This document shows positions 29,535 through 37,958 of a DNA stretch of 64,000 nucleotides, piece after piece. The notes below the pieces were generated by a model, which was not told where the DNA came from, did not search any database, and saw only the letters and a program-made list of their open reading frames with translations. The position numbers and the translations under genes were made by a program. This DNA is from Escherichia phage vB_EcoM-BECP11. How positions within the stretch are numbered: position 1 is the stretch's first letter; every line of letters begins with the position of its first letter. The DNA lies in sequence record MW286157.1; one strand, given 5' to 3'.

Positions 29535-29720
29535 ATGAAACGTTGTGAATTAATTCGAAATGTTGCTATTGCAATTTCTGCTTCTGCTTTTAGTTTTTCA
29601 ATGTTTGTTGGATTTATATGCGGATTATTAACTACAGCAGAAAATGTATTTTCACTTGTAGTAGCATTTTTAATTGGTTTAATTGCTATCGTTATGGATA
29701 AAATTTCTAAAGGTGAATAG
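29535..29720 (+). CDS. small membrane protein, unknown function
   Basis: 61 aa with two hydrophobic helices, SD GAGGAG. Confidence 0.5.
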   Translation: MKRCELIRNVAIAISASAFSFSMFVGFICGLLTTAENVFSLVVAFLIGLIAIVMDKISKGE

Positions 29721-29721
29721 A

Positions 29722-30102
29722 ATGTATAAAGTGTACGCGGATTATCAGGCTAATCCATCTGAAAAGCCAGATTGCCAAATTGGATGGGCTCATGATACCC
29801 TGCTTGAAGCAGTAGATGCTGCTCAAAAATTAGGATATAAATATGTAGAGATTGTTCAACCGACAGGAAAAGTTATTACTCTTGAAGAGTTCAATAATAT
29901 TAAACCGAACTTTTTACTTTTTGCGGGTGATAATTATTATCCTCGCGGTGGGTATGCTGATTTAATCGCGAAAGCCGCTACTGAAGATGAACTCCGTGAT
30001 ATCATTAAAGAAAATGAGAACAAACCAATGTATGGTTCTAATCGCTTTGATTGGTGGCAAATTGTAAATGCCCACACTCATACTATTGTTGATGAAGGGT
30101 AA
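29722..30102 (+). CDS. hypothetical protein
   Basis: 126 aa from ATG 29722 with SD AGGTGA; track ORF starts upstream. Confidence 0.6.
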   Translation: MYKVYADYQANPSEKPDCQIGWAHDTLLEAVDAAQKLGYKYVEIVQPTGKVITLEEFNNIKPNFLLFAGDNYYPRGGYADLIAKAATEDELRDIIKENENKPMYGSNRFDWWQIVNAHTHTIVDEG

Positions 30103-30104
30103 TA

Positions 30105-30392
30105 ATGATTCTTTATGCTAAAGTATCGTCCATTGAAAATGGATATAAATATGATCAAGACGCGGCTAAATCCTTGATTGATGATTATGGCATTTTAACA
30201 TGTTTTGAAGTTGAAAAGGTTTATGTTGACCGTTCATCTTCTCAAGTTAAATTAGTGAAGGAAGACCGTAAATTTAATACAGTAAATTTTGATTTCTTTA
30301 TTGAAACAGAAAAAGGTCCTCTTGAATATGATATTTTCAGGAATCCTTTGGGCCTTGAATGCATCGTAAATATGTATTATCATAAATGGTAA
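30105..30392 (+). CDS. hypothetical protein
   Basis: 95 aa ORF tightly following previous gene. Confidence 0.6.
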   Translation: MILYAKVSSIENGYKYDQDAAKSLIDDYGILTCFEVEKVYVDRSSSQVKLVKEDRKFNTVNFDFFIETEKGPLEYDIFRNPLGLECIVNMYYHKW

Positions 30393-30395
30393 ATA

Positions 30396-30420
30396 TGCTT
30401 TAAGAATTATTTGTTATTAT
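30396..30420 (+). promoter_or_regulatory. candidate MotA-type middle promoter ahead of tRNA cluster
   Basis: TGCTTTA MotA-box-like motif, 12 bp, then TATTAT. Confidence 0.35.
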
Positions 30421-30489
30421 TAACTCATACCACACTGATTAATACCCTCTATCATCAAGGGTTCTTGTTTGAGAGCCTTTGTTAATAAT

Positions 30490-30562
30490 TGGGAATTAGC
30501 CAAGTTGGTAAGGCACTGGATTTTGATTCCAGGATGCAAAGGTTCAAGTCCTTTATTCCCAG
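30490..30562 (+). tRNA. tRNA-Gln (UUG)
   Basis: Hand-folded cloverleaf: acceptor TGGGAAT/ATTCCCA, anticodon loop TTTTGAT, T-loop TTCAAGT; no encoded CCA. Confidence 0.85.
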
Positions 30563-30563
30563 C

Positions 30564-30650
30564 GCGAGAATGGTCAAATTGGTAAAGGCACAGCACTTAA
30601 AATGCTGCGGAATGATTTCCTTGTGGGTTCGAGTCCCACTTCTCGCACCA
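30564..30650 (+). tRNA. tRNA-Leu (UAA)
   Basis: Acceptor GCGAGAA/TTCTCGC, anticodon loop CTTAAAA, long variable arm, encoded CCA. Confidence 0.85.
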
Positions 30651-30655
30651 AATTT

Positions 30656-30729
<74 letters not shown>

Positions 30730-30739
30730 ATTTAATTTA

Positions 30740-30813
30740 CTCCGTGTAGCTCAGTTTGGTAGAGCGCCTGATTTGGGATCAGGAGGTCCAAGGTTCAAAT
30801 CCTTGTATGGAGA
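30740..30813 (+). tRNA. tRNA-Pro (UGG)
   Basis: Anticodon arm CCTGA-TTTGGGA-TCAGG, T-arm CAAGG-TTCAAAT-CCTTG, acceptor with two G-U pairs. Confidence 0.8.
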
Positions 30814-30815
30814 CT

Positions 30816-30905
30816 GGAGGCGTGGCAGAGTGGTTTAATGCACCGGTCTTGAAAACCGGCAGTCGCTCCGGCGACTCATAGGTTCGAATCCTATCGCCTC
30901 CGCCA
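30816..30905 (+). tRNA. tRNA-Ser (UGA)
   Basis: Acceptor GGAGGCG/CGCCTCC, anticodon loop CTTGAAA, long variable arm, T-loop TTCGAAT, CCA. Confidence 0.85.
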
Positions 30906-30910
30906 GTTTT

Positions 30911-30986
30911 GCTGATTTAGCTCAGTAGGTAGAGCACCTCACTTGTAATGAGGATGTCGGCGGTTCGATTCCGTCAATCAGCACCA
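30911..30986 (+). tRNA. tRNA-Thr (UGU)
   Basis: Acceptor GCTGATT/AATCAGC, anticodon arm CCTCA-CTTGTAA-TGAGG, CCA. Confidence 0.85.
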
Positions 30987-30987
30987 A

Positions 30988-31062
30988 GGCCCTGTAGCTG
31001 GAAGGTTCAAGCAAGCGACTCATAATCGCCAGATGGTGGTTCAATTCCACCCAGGGCCACCA
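30988..31062 (+). tRNA. tRNA with CAU anticodon (Ile2 type as in T4, formally could be Met)
   Basis: Acceptor GGCCCTG/CAGGGCC, anticodon loop CTCATAA, T-arm GGTGG-TTCAATT-CCACC, CCA. Confidence 0.75.
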
Positions 31063-31074
31063 AATTATGAATTA

Positions 31075-31161
31075 GGGGAGTTATCCCGTAGAGGTAGCGG
31101 TGTGGACTGTAAATTCATTGTCATTGCGACTCGGGTGGTTCGACTCCATCACTCCCCACCA
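31075..31161 (+). tRNA. tRNA-Tyr (GUA), type II
   Basis: Perfect acceptor GGGGAGT/ACTCCCC, anticodon loop CTGTAAA with U33 and A37, long variable arm with 3 bp stem, CCA. Confidence 0.7.
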
Positions 31162-31165
31162 ATTT

Positions 31166-31240
31166 GGATGTGTAGCTCAATGGCAGAGCGATCGCCTGTT
31201 AAGCGATTGGTTATAGGTTCGAATCCTATCACGTCCGCCA
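31166..31240 (+). tRNA. tRNA-Asn (GUU)
   Basis: D-arm GCTC/GAGC, anticodon arm ATCGC-CTGTTAA-GCGAT, T-arm ATAGG-TTCGAAT-CCTAT, CCA. Confidence 0.8.
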
Positions 31241-31354
31241 AATTTGTGACAACTGTCACATTAATATCTACTTGACGCGATTATAGGGGTTGAACTGATC
31301 ACTCTTCTCTTAATTTCGTGTGAAGACATCATGATTGTTGGAGTAGGTATTAAT

Positions 31355-31430
31355 GTGGCCGTAGTTCAGTTGGTAGAACTCGAGATTGTGATTCTCGTAG
31401 TCATGGGTTCGACTCCCATCGGTCACCCCA
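31355..31430 (+). tRNA. tRNA-His (GUG) with extra 5' G(-1)
   Basis: 8 bp acceptor including G-1 opposite C73, anticodon arm CGAGA-TTGTGAT-TCTCG, T-loop TTCGACT, CCA. Confidence 0.8.
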
Positions 31431-31434
31431 ATTA

Positions 31435-31510
31435 CGGGGCATAGCTCAGAAGGAAGAGCAAGGACCTTCTAAGTCCTGGGTCGTAGGTTCGATCCCTACT
31501 GCCTCGACCA
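31435..31510 (+). tRNA. tRNA-Arg (UCU)
   Basis: D-arm GCTC/GAGC, anticodon arm AGGAC-CTTCTAA-GTCCT, T-loop TTCGATC, CCA. Confidence 0.85.
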
Positions 31511-31528
31511 ATTATAAGTGAGGAAAAT

Positions 31529-31879
31529 ATGAAAGGTAATGTTTATTTAGTAGTTCATGATTTAACATTCTATTTTAATCATAATGATACTGTTATTTCT
31601 GAACGCGTAATTAATTTGCTTTATCAGCATGCAGATTATGTTTATGTCGAAAACGAATTTGGTCATTGGCAATTTCTCAAAAATCGTTCATTTGGTTTAG
31701 ATGGTTACGAATATTTTGAACGTAAAGACCTTTTAGATAAAATTCCGTTATCTACACAATATCAAAATCACAAGTCTTTATATAAATGCCGTCCAATTCG
31801 AAATGCTGAATCTGCGTATGAAGTAATTGATTTATGGCGTAAACGTCGTGAACAGGTTGATGCTTTAAAAGAATACTAA
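31529..31879 (+). CDS. hypothetical protein
   Basis: 116 aa ORF with SD GAGGAAAA right after tRNA-Arg. Confidence 0.6.
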   Translation: MKGNVYLVVHDLTFYFNHNDTVISERVINLLYQHADYVYVENEFGHWQFLKNRSFGLDGYEYFERKDLLDKIPLSTQYQNHKSLYKCRPIRNAESAYEVIDLWRKRREQVDALKEY

Positions 31880-32186
31880 GAAACCGGGTCGCTACCGGTA
31901 AGTCGTCGGACTGATGTTCCCTGGAGTATAGTTTCCTCCCACAGTTTTACTGTGTTCTGGCTCTTTACTATCACAGCAGAAACGGCGCACCGAATTATCG
32001 ATTCGAGGAAATATCTTTGCCGTAAACCGAGTAGCGTTTTTGACGGAACGTTCGGATATGGTCGAGATATGGCCTTTTAAAAATATTGAGTAGCGTCAAC
32101 TGCTTAATAACCGGGTTCGAATCCCGGCGTTTCGTACAAACACTTGCCTTAGCAGGTGGAACCCCGACAAGGTTGCCGCAAGGCTT
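31880..32186 (+). ncRNA. candidate structured non-coding RNA region (possibly related to the small stable RNAs of the T4 tRNA region)
   Basis: About 300 bp with no credible ORF on either strand, GC-richer than surroundings, contains a T-arm-like hairpin CCGGG-TTCGAAT-CCCGG and ends at a strong terminator. Confidence 0.3.
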
Positions 32187-32215
32187 AGCCCCGACCGAAA
32201 GGTTGGGGCTTTTTA
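32187..32215 (+). terminator. intrinsic terminator, 10 bp stem with GAAA tetraloop
   Basis: AGCCCCGACC-GAAA-GGTTGGGGCT followed by TTTTT. Confidence 0.75.
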
Positions 32216-32260
32216 GTATAAATAAGTATATTAAATCCACGAATTAAAACAGGAAATAAG

Positions 32261-32734
32261 ATGAAATCATATACTCAATTTTTAAATGAAGCGGTGTTAA
32301 ATGAAGCATCTAGCACCGAAATTCAAGCTGTCGCAAAAGCAGCCATTGCAGCGGGTAAATATTCTTACAAAGATGCTTCTGATGAATCGCGATTTCAGTT
32401 CGCACGCGACATGAAAGCGGAAGGATTTACGGGAAATGCAGTTAGTATGGCCTGGAAAAGTTTAGTTGCTACTGGCGCTGCTTTTGCAAAGGCTTCGGGT
32501 AAACCTGCTCCTAAAGCAGATCCTAAAGTCGCACAAGAAAAAAATATCGTTAAAGGAATTATCTCCAAATATGAAGCTATCCTTAAAGAGCTTTTAGTAA
32601 TCAAAACTGAAGGCCAAAAGCTAGCTCGTGCTCATAGCTTTAAAGATAACCCACATGCTCATGACCTAGAGTATGTTGAAGACATCCAAAAAATTATTAA
32701 AGACCGCATTTGGTCTGCTAAACAAATCAAATAA
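32261..32734 (+). CDS. internal-protein-like protein with capsid-targeting sequence
   Basis: 157 aa starting MKSYTQFLNE-AVLNE-A, i.e. the MK-Y-F ten-residue capsid-targeting sequence plus L-x-E gp21 cleavage motifs seen in ipI and the ip gene after e. Confidence 0.65.
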   Translation: MKSYTQFLNEAVLNEASSTEIQAVAKAAIAAGKYSYKDASDESRFQFARDMKAEGFTGNAVSMAWKSLVATGAAFAKASGKPAPKADPKVAQEKNIVKGIISKYEAILKELLVIKTEGQKLARAHSFKDNPHAHDLEYVEDIQKIIKDRIWSAKQIK

Positions 32735-32741
32735 CATTCTT

Positions 32742-32770
32742 AGCCCCGACCAAAAGGTTGGGGCTTTTTG
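32742..32770 (+). terminator. intrinsic terminator, near-duplicate of the one at 32187-32215
   Basis: AGCCCCGACC-AAAA-GGTTGGGGCT followed by TTTTT. Confidence 0.75.
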
Positions 32771-32902
32771 GTATCTAGGCCTTTCCAGGCCTCTCTAGGC
32801 ATCATTTAGTTTCTACCCTTTATAATATATTATCCTATCCTTTGATTTCCCCTCCTTGCCCTAGAATTCCCCAAAACTTTTTAAAAAATTTTTCACAAAA
32901 CT

Positions 32903-32932
32903 GTTTACATCCCTGTTCTTCCATGGTACTAT
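32903..32932 (+). promoter_or_regulatory. T4-type early promoter
   Basis: TTTTTCACAAAACTGTTTACA ... TGGTACTATACAACTATC. Confidence 0.65.
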
Positions 32933-32975
32933 ACAACTATCAACTACTGATACAGAAAACAACTTGGAGAATGAA

Positions 32976-33239
32976 ATGGATAATTACGGCGAACTGTTCA
33001 ACTTCTTTATGAAATGTGTTTCAGAAGATTTTGGTCGTACAGTGAATGATATTAAAGTTATCGGTCCTGATCATCCGATGTTTGAAACTTACGCAGTAAT
33101 GGGTAATGAAGATGGTCAGTGGTATACTGTAAAGGTTGTGATTAACATGTTCACTGCTGAAGGTTATGTTAAACTGTCTTCTAAAGTTTATCATGATAAC
33201 GACGAAATTGCAGAAGAATATTTCAATAATATGAAATAA
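32976..33239 (+). CDS. hypothetical protein
   Basis: 87 aa from ATG 32976, SD GGAGA; track ORF starts at an upstream TTG. Confidence 0.6.
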   Translation: MDNYGELFNFFMKCVSEDFGRTVNDIKVIGPDHPMFETYAVMGNEDGQWYTVKVVINMFTAEGYVKLSSKVYHDNDEIAEEYFNNMK

Positions 33240-33269
33240 GTTTACATAGGCTCATGATTGAGATATTAT
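33240..33269 (+). promoter_or_regulatory. T4-type early promoter
   Basis: GTTTACA then TATTAT inside inverted repeat ATAGGCTCAT...ATGAGCCTAT. Confidence 0.55.
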
Positions 33270-33295
33270 GAGCCTATAATTTGAGGAAAACTGTT

Positions 33296-33814
33296 ATGTC
33301 TCTTTATACCGAACTGAATGAAACTTCCGAAAAATCTTTTGATGGTATCTTATCAATAATGCAAAAGCAGGTATTAGAAGAGCTTAGTGAAGCCGCAAGC
33401 AATGGGTACAAGGCTTGTCGAGTTCAAAGCCCACATCGCCGCATGTATGAACGTCCTCTTATTAATTGGCTAGAAAGCGAAGGTCTTACGGTTAAGATTT
33501 GCCCTGCTAAATTTGATGTCCCGCGTATTCTCAATATTTACTGGGATAAACCGGTTGAGAAAAGTGACACTTGGGTTGTTAATGTAAAAACATGTGATAA
33601 TGGATGCTCACTTGAGGTGTCTGCTGTAATTAAAGGCACTCATGGTGAAAAATCGTGGGGTTGGCCTGGTAAAGATAAAGAAATCGTGTTAAGTGTAAAA
33701 GCTACTAGTATTAGTACTCCTATAGCTAAAAGCATTATCACTGCCGCTGTTGAAGAAGCTGAACGAATTTGTAAAATTAAAAATAGTTTACATCTCTTAA
33801 ATAGCATGATATAA
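33296..33814 (+). CDS. hypothetical protein
   Basis: 172 aa from ATG 33296 with SD GAGGAAAA. Confidence 0.6.
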   Translation: MSLYTELNETSEKSFDGILSIMQKQVLEELSEAASNGYKACRVQSPHRRMYERPLINWLESEGLTVKICPAKFDVPRILNIYWDKPVEKSDTWVVNVKTCDNGCSLEVSAVIKGTHGEKSWGWPGKDKEIVLSVKATSISTPIAKSIITAAVEEAERICKIKNSLHLLNSMI

Positions 33815-33856
33815 TTTTTCTGTGGATTTTAATTTTAATCAACCTAAGGAAATACT

Positions 33857-34450
33857 ATGAACACACTGAAGAAAATTGTTGAGTTTATTCGCACTAAACT
33901 TGGTTCTGTTATGGCTAAAAATCTATCTGTTGAAGAACAGTATACTGCTGCAGCAGCAAAACTACTTGATAAGATTAAAGACCTAAAAACTGCTTCCATT
34001 AAATCTATTAACGAAGAAAAGCGTATTCGTGAACTTATTGTCGAAAAGAATAAGCAGGCCGAATCAAAAGAGCGCGAAATTCGCAAGCTCCTTTCTGAAG
34101 GTCAAGATGTAACAATGCATGCTAAACTCGGTTTACTATATCGTCGAACAGCTGAGCAGCTGACTACTAAAGCTGATGGTTATGCTGAAATGCGAATTGA
34201 AATCGCCAAGAAAGTAGTTGAGTTAGATGATGCTCGCCAAGAACTTGCAGTTAAATTGGAATATATCCGTGAAACTCGCGCCGCGAATGCCCTCGGAATT
34301 AGTACTGCTGATGATGTAGTTGAAATTGCAGCGCTGACTAAGGTTGATATTGAAGATACTCTTGCCCGAGTTGAAACCTTTAATGGCAATATTTCTGGGG
34401 TTGAAACTACCTCTGCCGATGTTCAGGAATATATTAATTCTCTGAAATAA
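33857..34450 (+). CDS. coiled-coil protein, unknown function
   Basis: 197 aa, largely heptad-like Lys/Glu-rich helices, SD AAGGA. Confidence 0.65.
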   Translation: MNTLKKIVEFIRTKLGSVMAKNLSVEEQYTAAAAKLLDKIKDLKTASIKSINEEKRIRELIVEKNKQAESKEREIRKLLSEGQDVTMHAKLGLLYRRTAEQLTTKADGYAEMRIEIAKKVVELDDARQELAVKLEYIRETRAANALGISTADDVVEIAALTKVDIEDTLARVETFNGNISGVETTSADVQEYINSLK

Positions 34451-34456
34451 TGATAA

Positions 34457-34475
34457 GGGGCTTCGGCCCCTATTA
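34457..34475 (+). terminator. hairpin GGGGC-TTCG-GCCCC, weak terminator
   Basis: UUCG tetraloop hairpin after stop; U tract poor. Confidence 0.45.
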
Positions 34476-34498
34476 CTTGGAGTAAATAGGAATGAAAA

Positions 34499-35101
34499 AT
34501 GCAAAGTGATTTCAATTCAATGTTTGAAGAATTCCAAAGACAAGTTGATGTTCCAGACCAATTATTAAATGCTCTTAAACGTATGGCAGAAGGACGTAAT
34601 TATTATTGGGGTTCTTCATATGAAACTGATGAAAATCTTTCTGGAAGATTTTCTAGAGGTAAAAAGTCTTTAATACGTCCTGGAATACTTATTAACAGTA
34701 TTGAATCAATTCATTCATTAACATGCGATTTTGACGTTGAATTTACTGATTTTGTTTCTCCTGAATGGACGGTCTGTTATTTAAACGACGATTATGATTA
34801 TCTTGGCGTTTATAGTTTAAGTGATGCATGGTTTAAACGTAATTTACAAAAGTCAAATTTATTCTATATTGATACTACTGTAAAATTTCAGGGCAAGAAA
34901 TATTTCTTTACTCTTATAGTTGATTCTGAAACGAAGCATGAAAATAAGCGTATTCTTAGTAAAAAGAATATCTTAACTATTGTTGATGATCTTTTTGATA
35001 AATTCGTAGAAAATCCCAATTTTGAAAGCGATTTATTATTAGAAAAATTTGTGAAGGAATGTAGAGAATATGTCAAAGCCATCAATGTATCTTCCAAGTA
35101 A
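34499..35101 (+). CDS. hypothetical protein (first of four with C-terminal F-x-x-E/D-C-R motif)
   Basis: 200 aa ending ...EKFVKECREYVKAINVSSK. Confidence 0.6.
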   Translation: MQSDFNSMFEEFQRQVDVPDQLLNALKRMAEGRNYYWGSSYETDENLSGRFSRGKKSLIRPGILINSIESIHSLTCDFDVEFTDFVSPEWTVCYLNDDYDYLGVYSLSDAWFKRNLQKSNLFYIDTTVKFQGKKYFFTLIVDSETKHENKRILSKKNILTIVDDLFDKFVENPNFESDLLLEKFVKECREYVKAINVSSK

Positions 35102-35462
35102 ACCGTTGAAGTATGAATTAAAGCGCCAGCTAATTTCTACTGATGTATTAATAGGTCCTGTAATAGCTGTATCATTTGTAATTCTACTGGGGGTTGGAAT
35201 AGTTATAGATGTTATGACTGATATTGAATCTAATATAATATTTGCGTCAACACTAATTCTTCCAATGATAGTTCCATTTTTATTAGTACCTGTAAATTGG
35301 GTGGGATACTGGTATCAAGGAAGACACTATCGTAAACGTGTACGTGATTGGAAAGCCCAGTGTAAAAAGATTAAAAAGGAACATCAGCTTAAACTTGCTG
35401 CACATGAATTTGATGAAATTATGAAATTTGTTAAGGAATCACGATGCAAAAGCCAAAACTAA
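35070..35462 (+). CDS. membrane protein (C-terminal FVKESRCK motif)
   Basis: 130 aa, two hydrophobic helices, overlaps previous gene. Confidence 0.55.
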   Translation: MSKPSMYLPSKPLKYELKRQLISTDVLIGPVIAVSFVILLGVGIVIDVMTDIESNIIFASTLILPMIVPFLLVPVNWVGYWYQGRHYRKRVRDWKAQCKKIKKEHQLKLAAHEFDEIMKFVKESRCKSQN

Positions 35463-35806
35463 ATAAAGTCAAATATTCTCTTCCTGAGTCATTTTTAATT
35501 TTTGCTGTGGCGTTGGCTGCAGCTCTTGCGGGTAGTCTTTTTGGATTGTTAATTGACTGTATTATTTTAAACATTGACGGCACAGTAAATATAATAGAAG
35601 TTTGGAGTGAACTTCACTATACTAAAATTATTTCATTATTTTCATTCTTTGGTACCATGTTATATTTTCATTATGATAATTTTAAAATAAATTGGCAAAG
35701 AAAAAAGGATTACAAAATACAATTAAAGGAATATAACAGCTACATGTCTTATATTGAAAAAGAATCAATGGAAGAGTTTGTGAGTGATTGTAGGAAAATT
35801 AAATGA
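35444..35806 (+). CDS. membrane protein (C-terminal FVSDCRKIK motif)
   Basis: 120 aa, hydrophobic helices, SD AAGGAA. Confidence 0.55.
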   Translation: MQKPKLNKVKYSLPESFLIFAVALAAALAGSLFGLLIDCIILNIDGTVNIIEVWSELHYTKIISLFSFFGTMLYFHYDNFKINWQRKKDYKIQLKEYNSYMSYIEKESMEEFVSDCRKIK

Positions 35807-36291
35807 TTTTAAAAACTCGCTGGTATGATTTAGATGATGGGGATGATGGCATTTCAGTTAATAGAGTTGACTGGAATGGTTGTTCCGAAGATATGAAAAA
35901 TTTGTTGATTAGGGAGTTTAGAATGGGATATCAAGCAGCTAAGCCATCTATTATAACAGATGATAAATTCGTGTGTATTCATAATGGTCGCGCTAAGTTA
36001 ACGAACGCTGATTGGTTTACAAATAAGATTATGATTCTGTGGTATATCATTAGTCTTCCTGTGTCATCATTTGTATTTTGCTTCTTTGGTGAAAGTCCAA
36101 TAGGCAGAACAGGAGATTGGATTCTTTTAATTATGCTTGTTAATATTTTGACAGCAGCAATATTATCAGGAATATGGTGCGTGTTCATTGAAATGCCATG
36201 GCGTTTACGCAGACAGCAAAAGATTTTTGATGAAAAGAAATATACTCAAAATTTAAATAACTTTATCACTGAATGCAGGAAATTAAAATGA
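35803..36291 (+). CDS. membrane protein (C-terminal FITECRKLK motif)
   Basis: 162 aa, ATGA coupling to previous gene. Confidence 0.55.
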   Translation: MILKTRWYDLDDGDDGISVNRVDWNGCSEDMKNLLIREFRMGYQAAKPSIITDDKFVCIHNGRAKLTNADWFTNKIMILWYIISLPVSSFVFCFFGESPIGRTGDWILLIMLVNILTAAILSGIWCVFIEMPWRLRRQQKIFDEKKYTQNLNNFITECRKLK

Positions 36292-36728
36292 AAACACTAT
36301 CAGCTGGTATTATCTTTATGACAGAAGATAAAGATTTATTTATGGGTCGGGTTACTGGTTCTCGTAAGCCTGGAATGATGGCACATCGTTGGGATATTCC
36401 AAAGGGCCGTGTAGAAAGTTCTGATTTGAATGCACTGGAAGCTGCAAAAAGAGAATGCTTAGAAGAGACCGGTTTTAGCAATTATAATCCAGACCTTCTA
36501 GAAGACCTAGGTGTATTTAAATATTCTAGTAATAAAGACTTACAGTTATTTTATTATACGATTCCAGTAGAGCATGAGATGTTCAGAAATTGCCATTGCG
36601 AGTCTTATTTTGAAAATAAAGATGGCGTTATGATTCCAGAGATGGATGCTTTTGCTCTTATTCCTCGTACTCAGTGGCAATATGTGATGGGTCCTTCACT
36701 TTACCGAATAATGAACAGCCTCTTTTAA
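36288..36728 (+). CDS. nudE: Nudix hydrolase NudE
   Basis: Nudix box GRVESSDLNALEAAKRECLEETGF; ATGA-coupled start at 36288 (an in-frame ATG 15 nt upstream would give 151 aa). Confidence 0.8.
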   Translation: MKTLSAGIIFMTEDKDLFMGRVTGSRKPGMMAHRWDIPKGRVESSDLNALEAAKRECLEETGFSNYNPDLLEDLGVFKYSSNKDLQLFYYTIPVEHEMFRNCHCESYFENKDGVMIPEMDAFALIPRTQWQYVMGPSLYRIMNSLF

Positions 36729-37259
<531 letters not shown>

Positions 37260-37263
37260 AGTT

Positions 37264-37293
37264 GTTTACTTTCTCCTAGAATTGTGATAGTAT
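37264..37293 (+). promoter_or_regulatory. T4-type early promoter
   Basis: GTTGTTTACT ... TGATAGTAT. Confidence 0.6.
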
Positions 37294-37347
37294 ATTCACA
37301 GTTGCTTGAAGAGACAAATTACTAATTAAAATATTTAAAGGAAATAT

Positions 37348-37821
37348 ATGAAAACATATCAAGAATTTATCACTGAAGCAGCTATTAATTCTCAAATTAT
37401 TGCTGAATCTTTTACTGATCTTTTGAAATTTAAAAAAGGTCAAAAAATCACTGCTGTATTGGATGATGGTACAGAAGTTGAGATGGATGTACAGGGATAT
37501 AATTATGCAGTAGATGGAAAATTGTATAATAAATCTCATGCTAAATTTGATTCATTTGACGACTTTGTTAATACAGTTGAAGATGAAAAAACTCGTCGAT
37601 CCATTGCAACTGGTGATGCTAAGGTTCTTATGGCACATGGTCATGAACGCATTCGCGCTAAACAGAATAAAATGGGTGAAGATAATTTCGCATTAGTTGG
37701 TTATCAATCTGGTAAACAAACTTATGGCTATCAACGTACTGCTACCATGTATAATAAAAATGGTAAAATTGCCTTTGTAAATAGTAAAGGTTCTATTCAG
37801 TACGTTAAATCGTTCAAATAA
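37348..37821 (+). CDS. internal protein (ipII/ipIII locus) with capsid-targeting sequence
   Basis: 157 aa starting MKTYQEFITE-AAINSQIIAE-S; sits after e where T4 has ipIII and ipII, but the size differs from both. Confidence 0.75.
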   Translation: MKTYQEFITEAAINSQIIAESFTDLLKFKKGQKITAVLDDGTEVEMDVQGYNYAVDGKLYNKSHAKFDSFDDFVNTVEDEKTRRSIATGDAKVLMAHGHERIRAKQNKMGEDNFALVGYQSGKQTYGYQRTATMYNKNGKIAFVNSKGSIQYVKSFK

Positions 37822-37958
37822 TATGGGAACAGCCTGGACCTCATTTGAGGTATTCCCGCCAACCTGTGATAAGGTCGAGCCAAAGCGCGGTAATGGGTAA
37901 TGCAGGAATGGACAACTCATGTGCCATGGAATGGCCCAAAAACCTTAAGAGAAATAAC

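Noticed and set aside
31033-31275. Track ORF 31033-31275 (+) over tRNA-Tyr and tRNA-Asn
   Set aside because: Coincides with two tRNA cloverleaves; spurious.
31995-32240. Minus-strand 81 aa ORF in the non-coding region
   Set aside because: Antisense to the direction of every neighbouring gene, no SD, low-complexity product; the region is better explained as structured RNA plus terminator.
33857-34450. PspA/IM30-like identity for the 197 aa coiled-coil protein
   Set aside because: Only the general helical architecture is similar; I could not see the conserved N-terminal PspA motif, so it is left as an unassigned coiled-coil protein.
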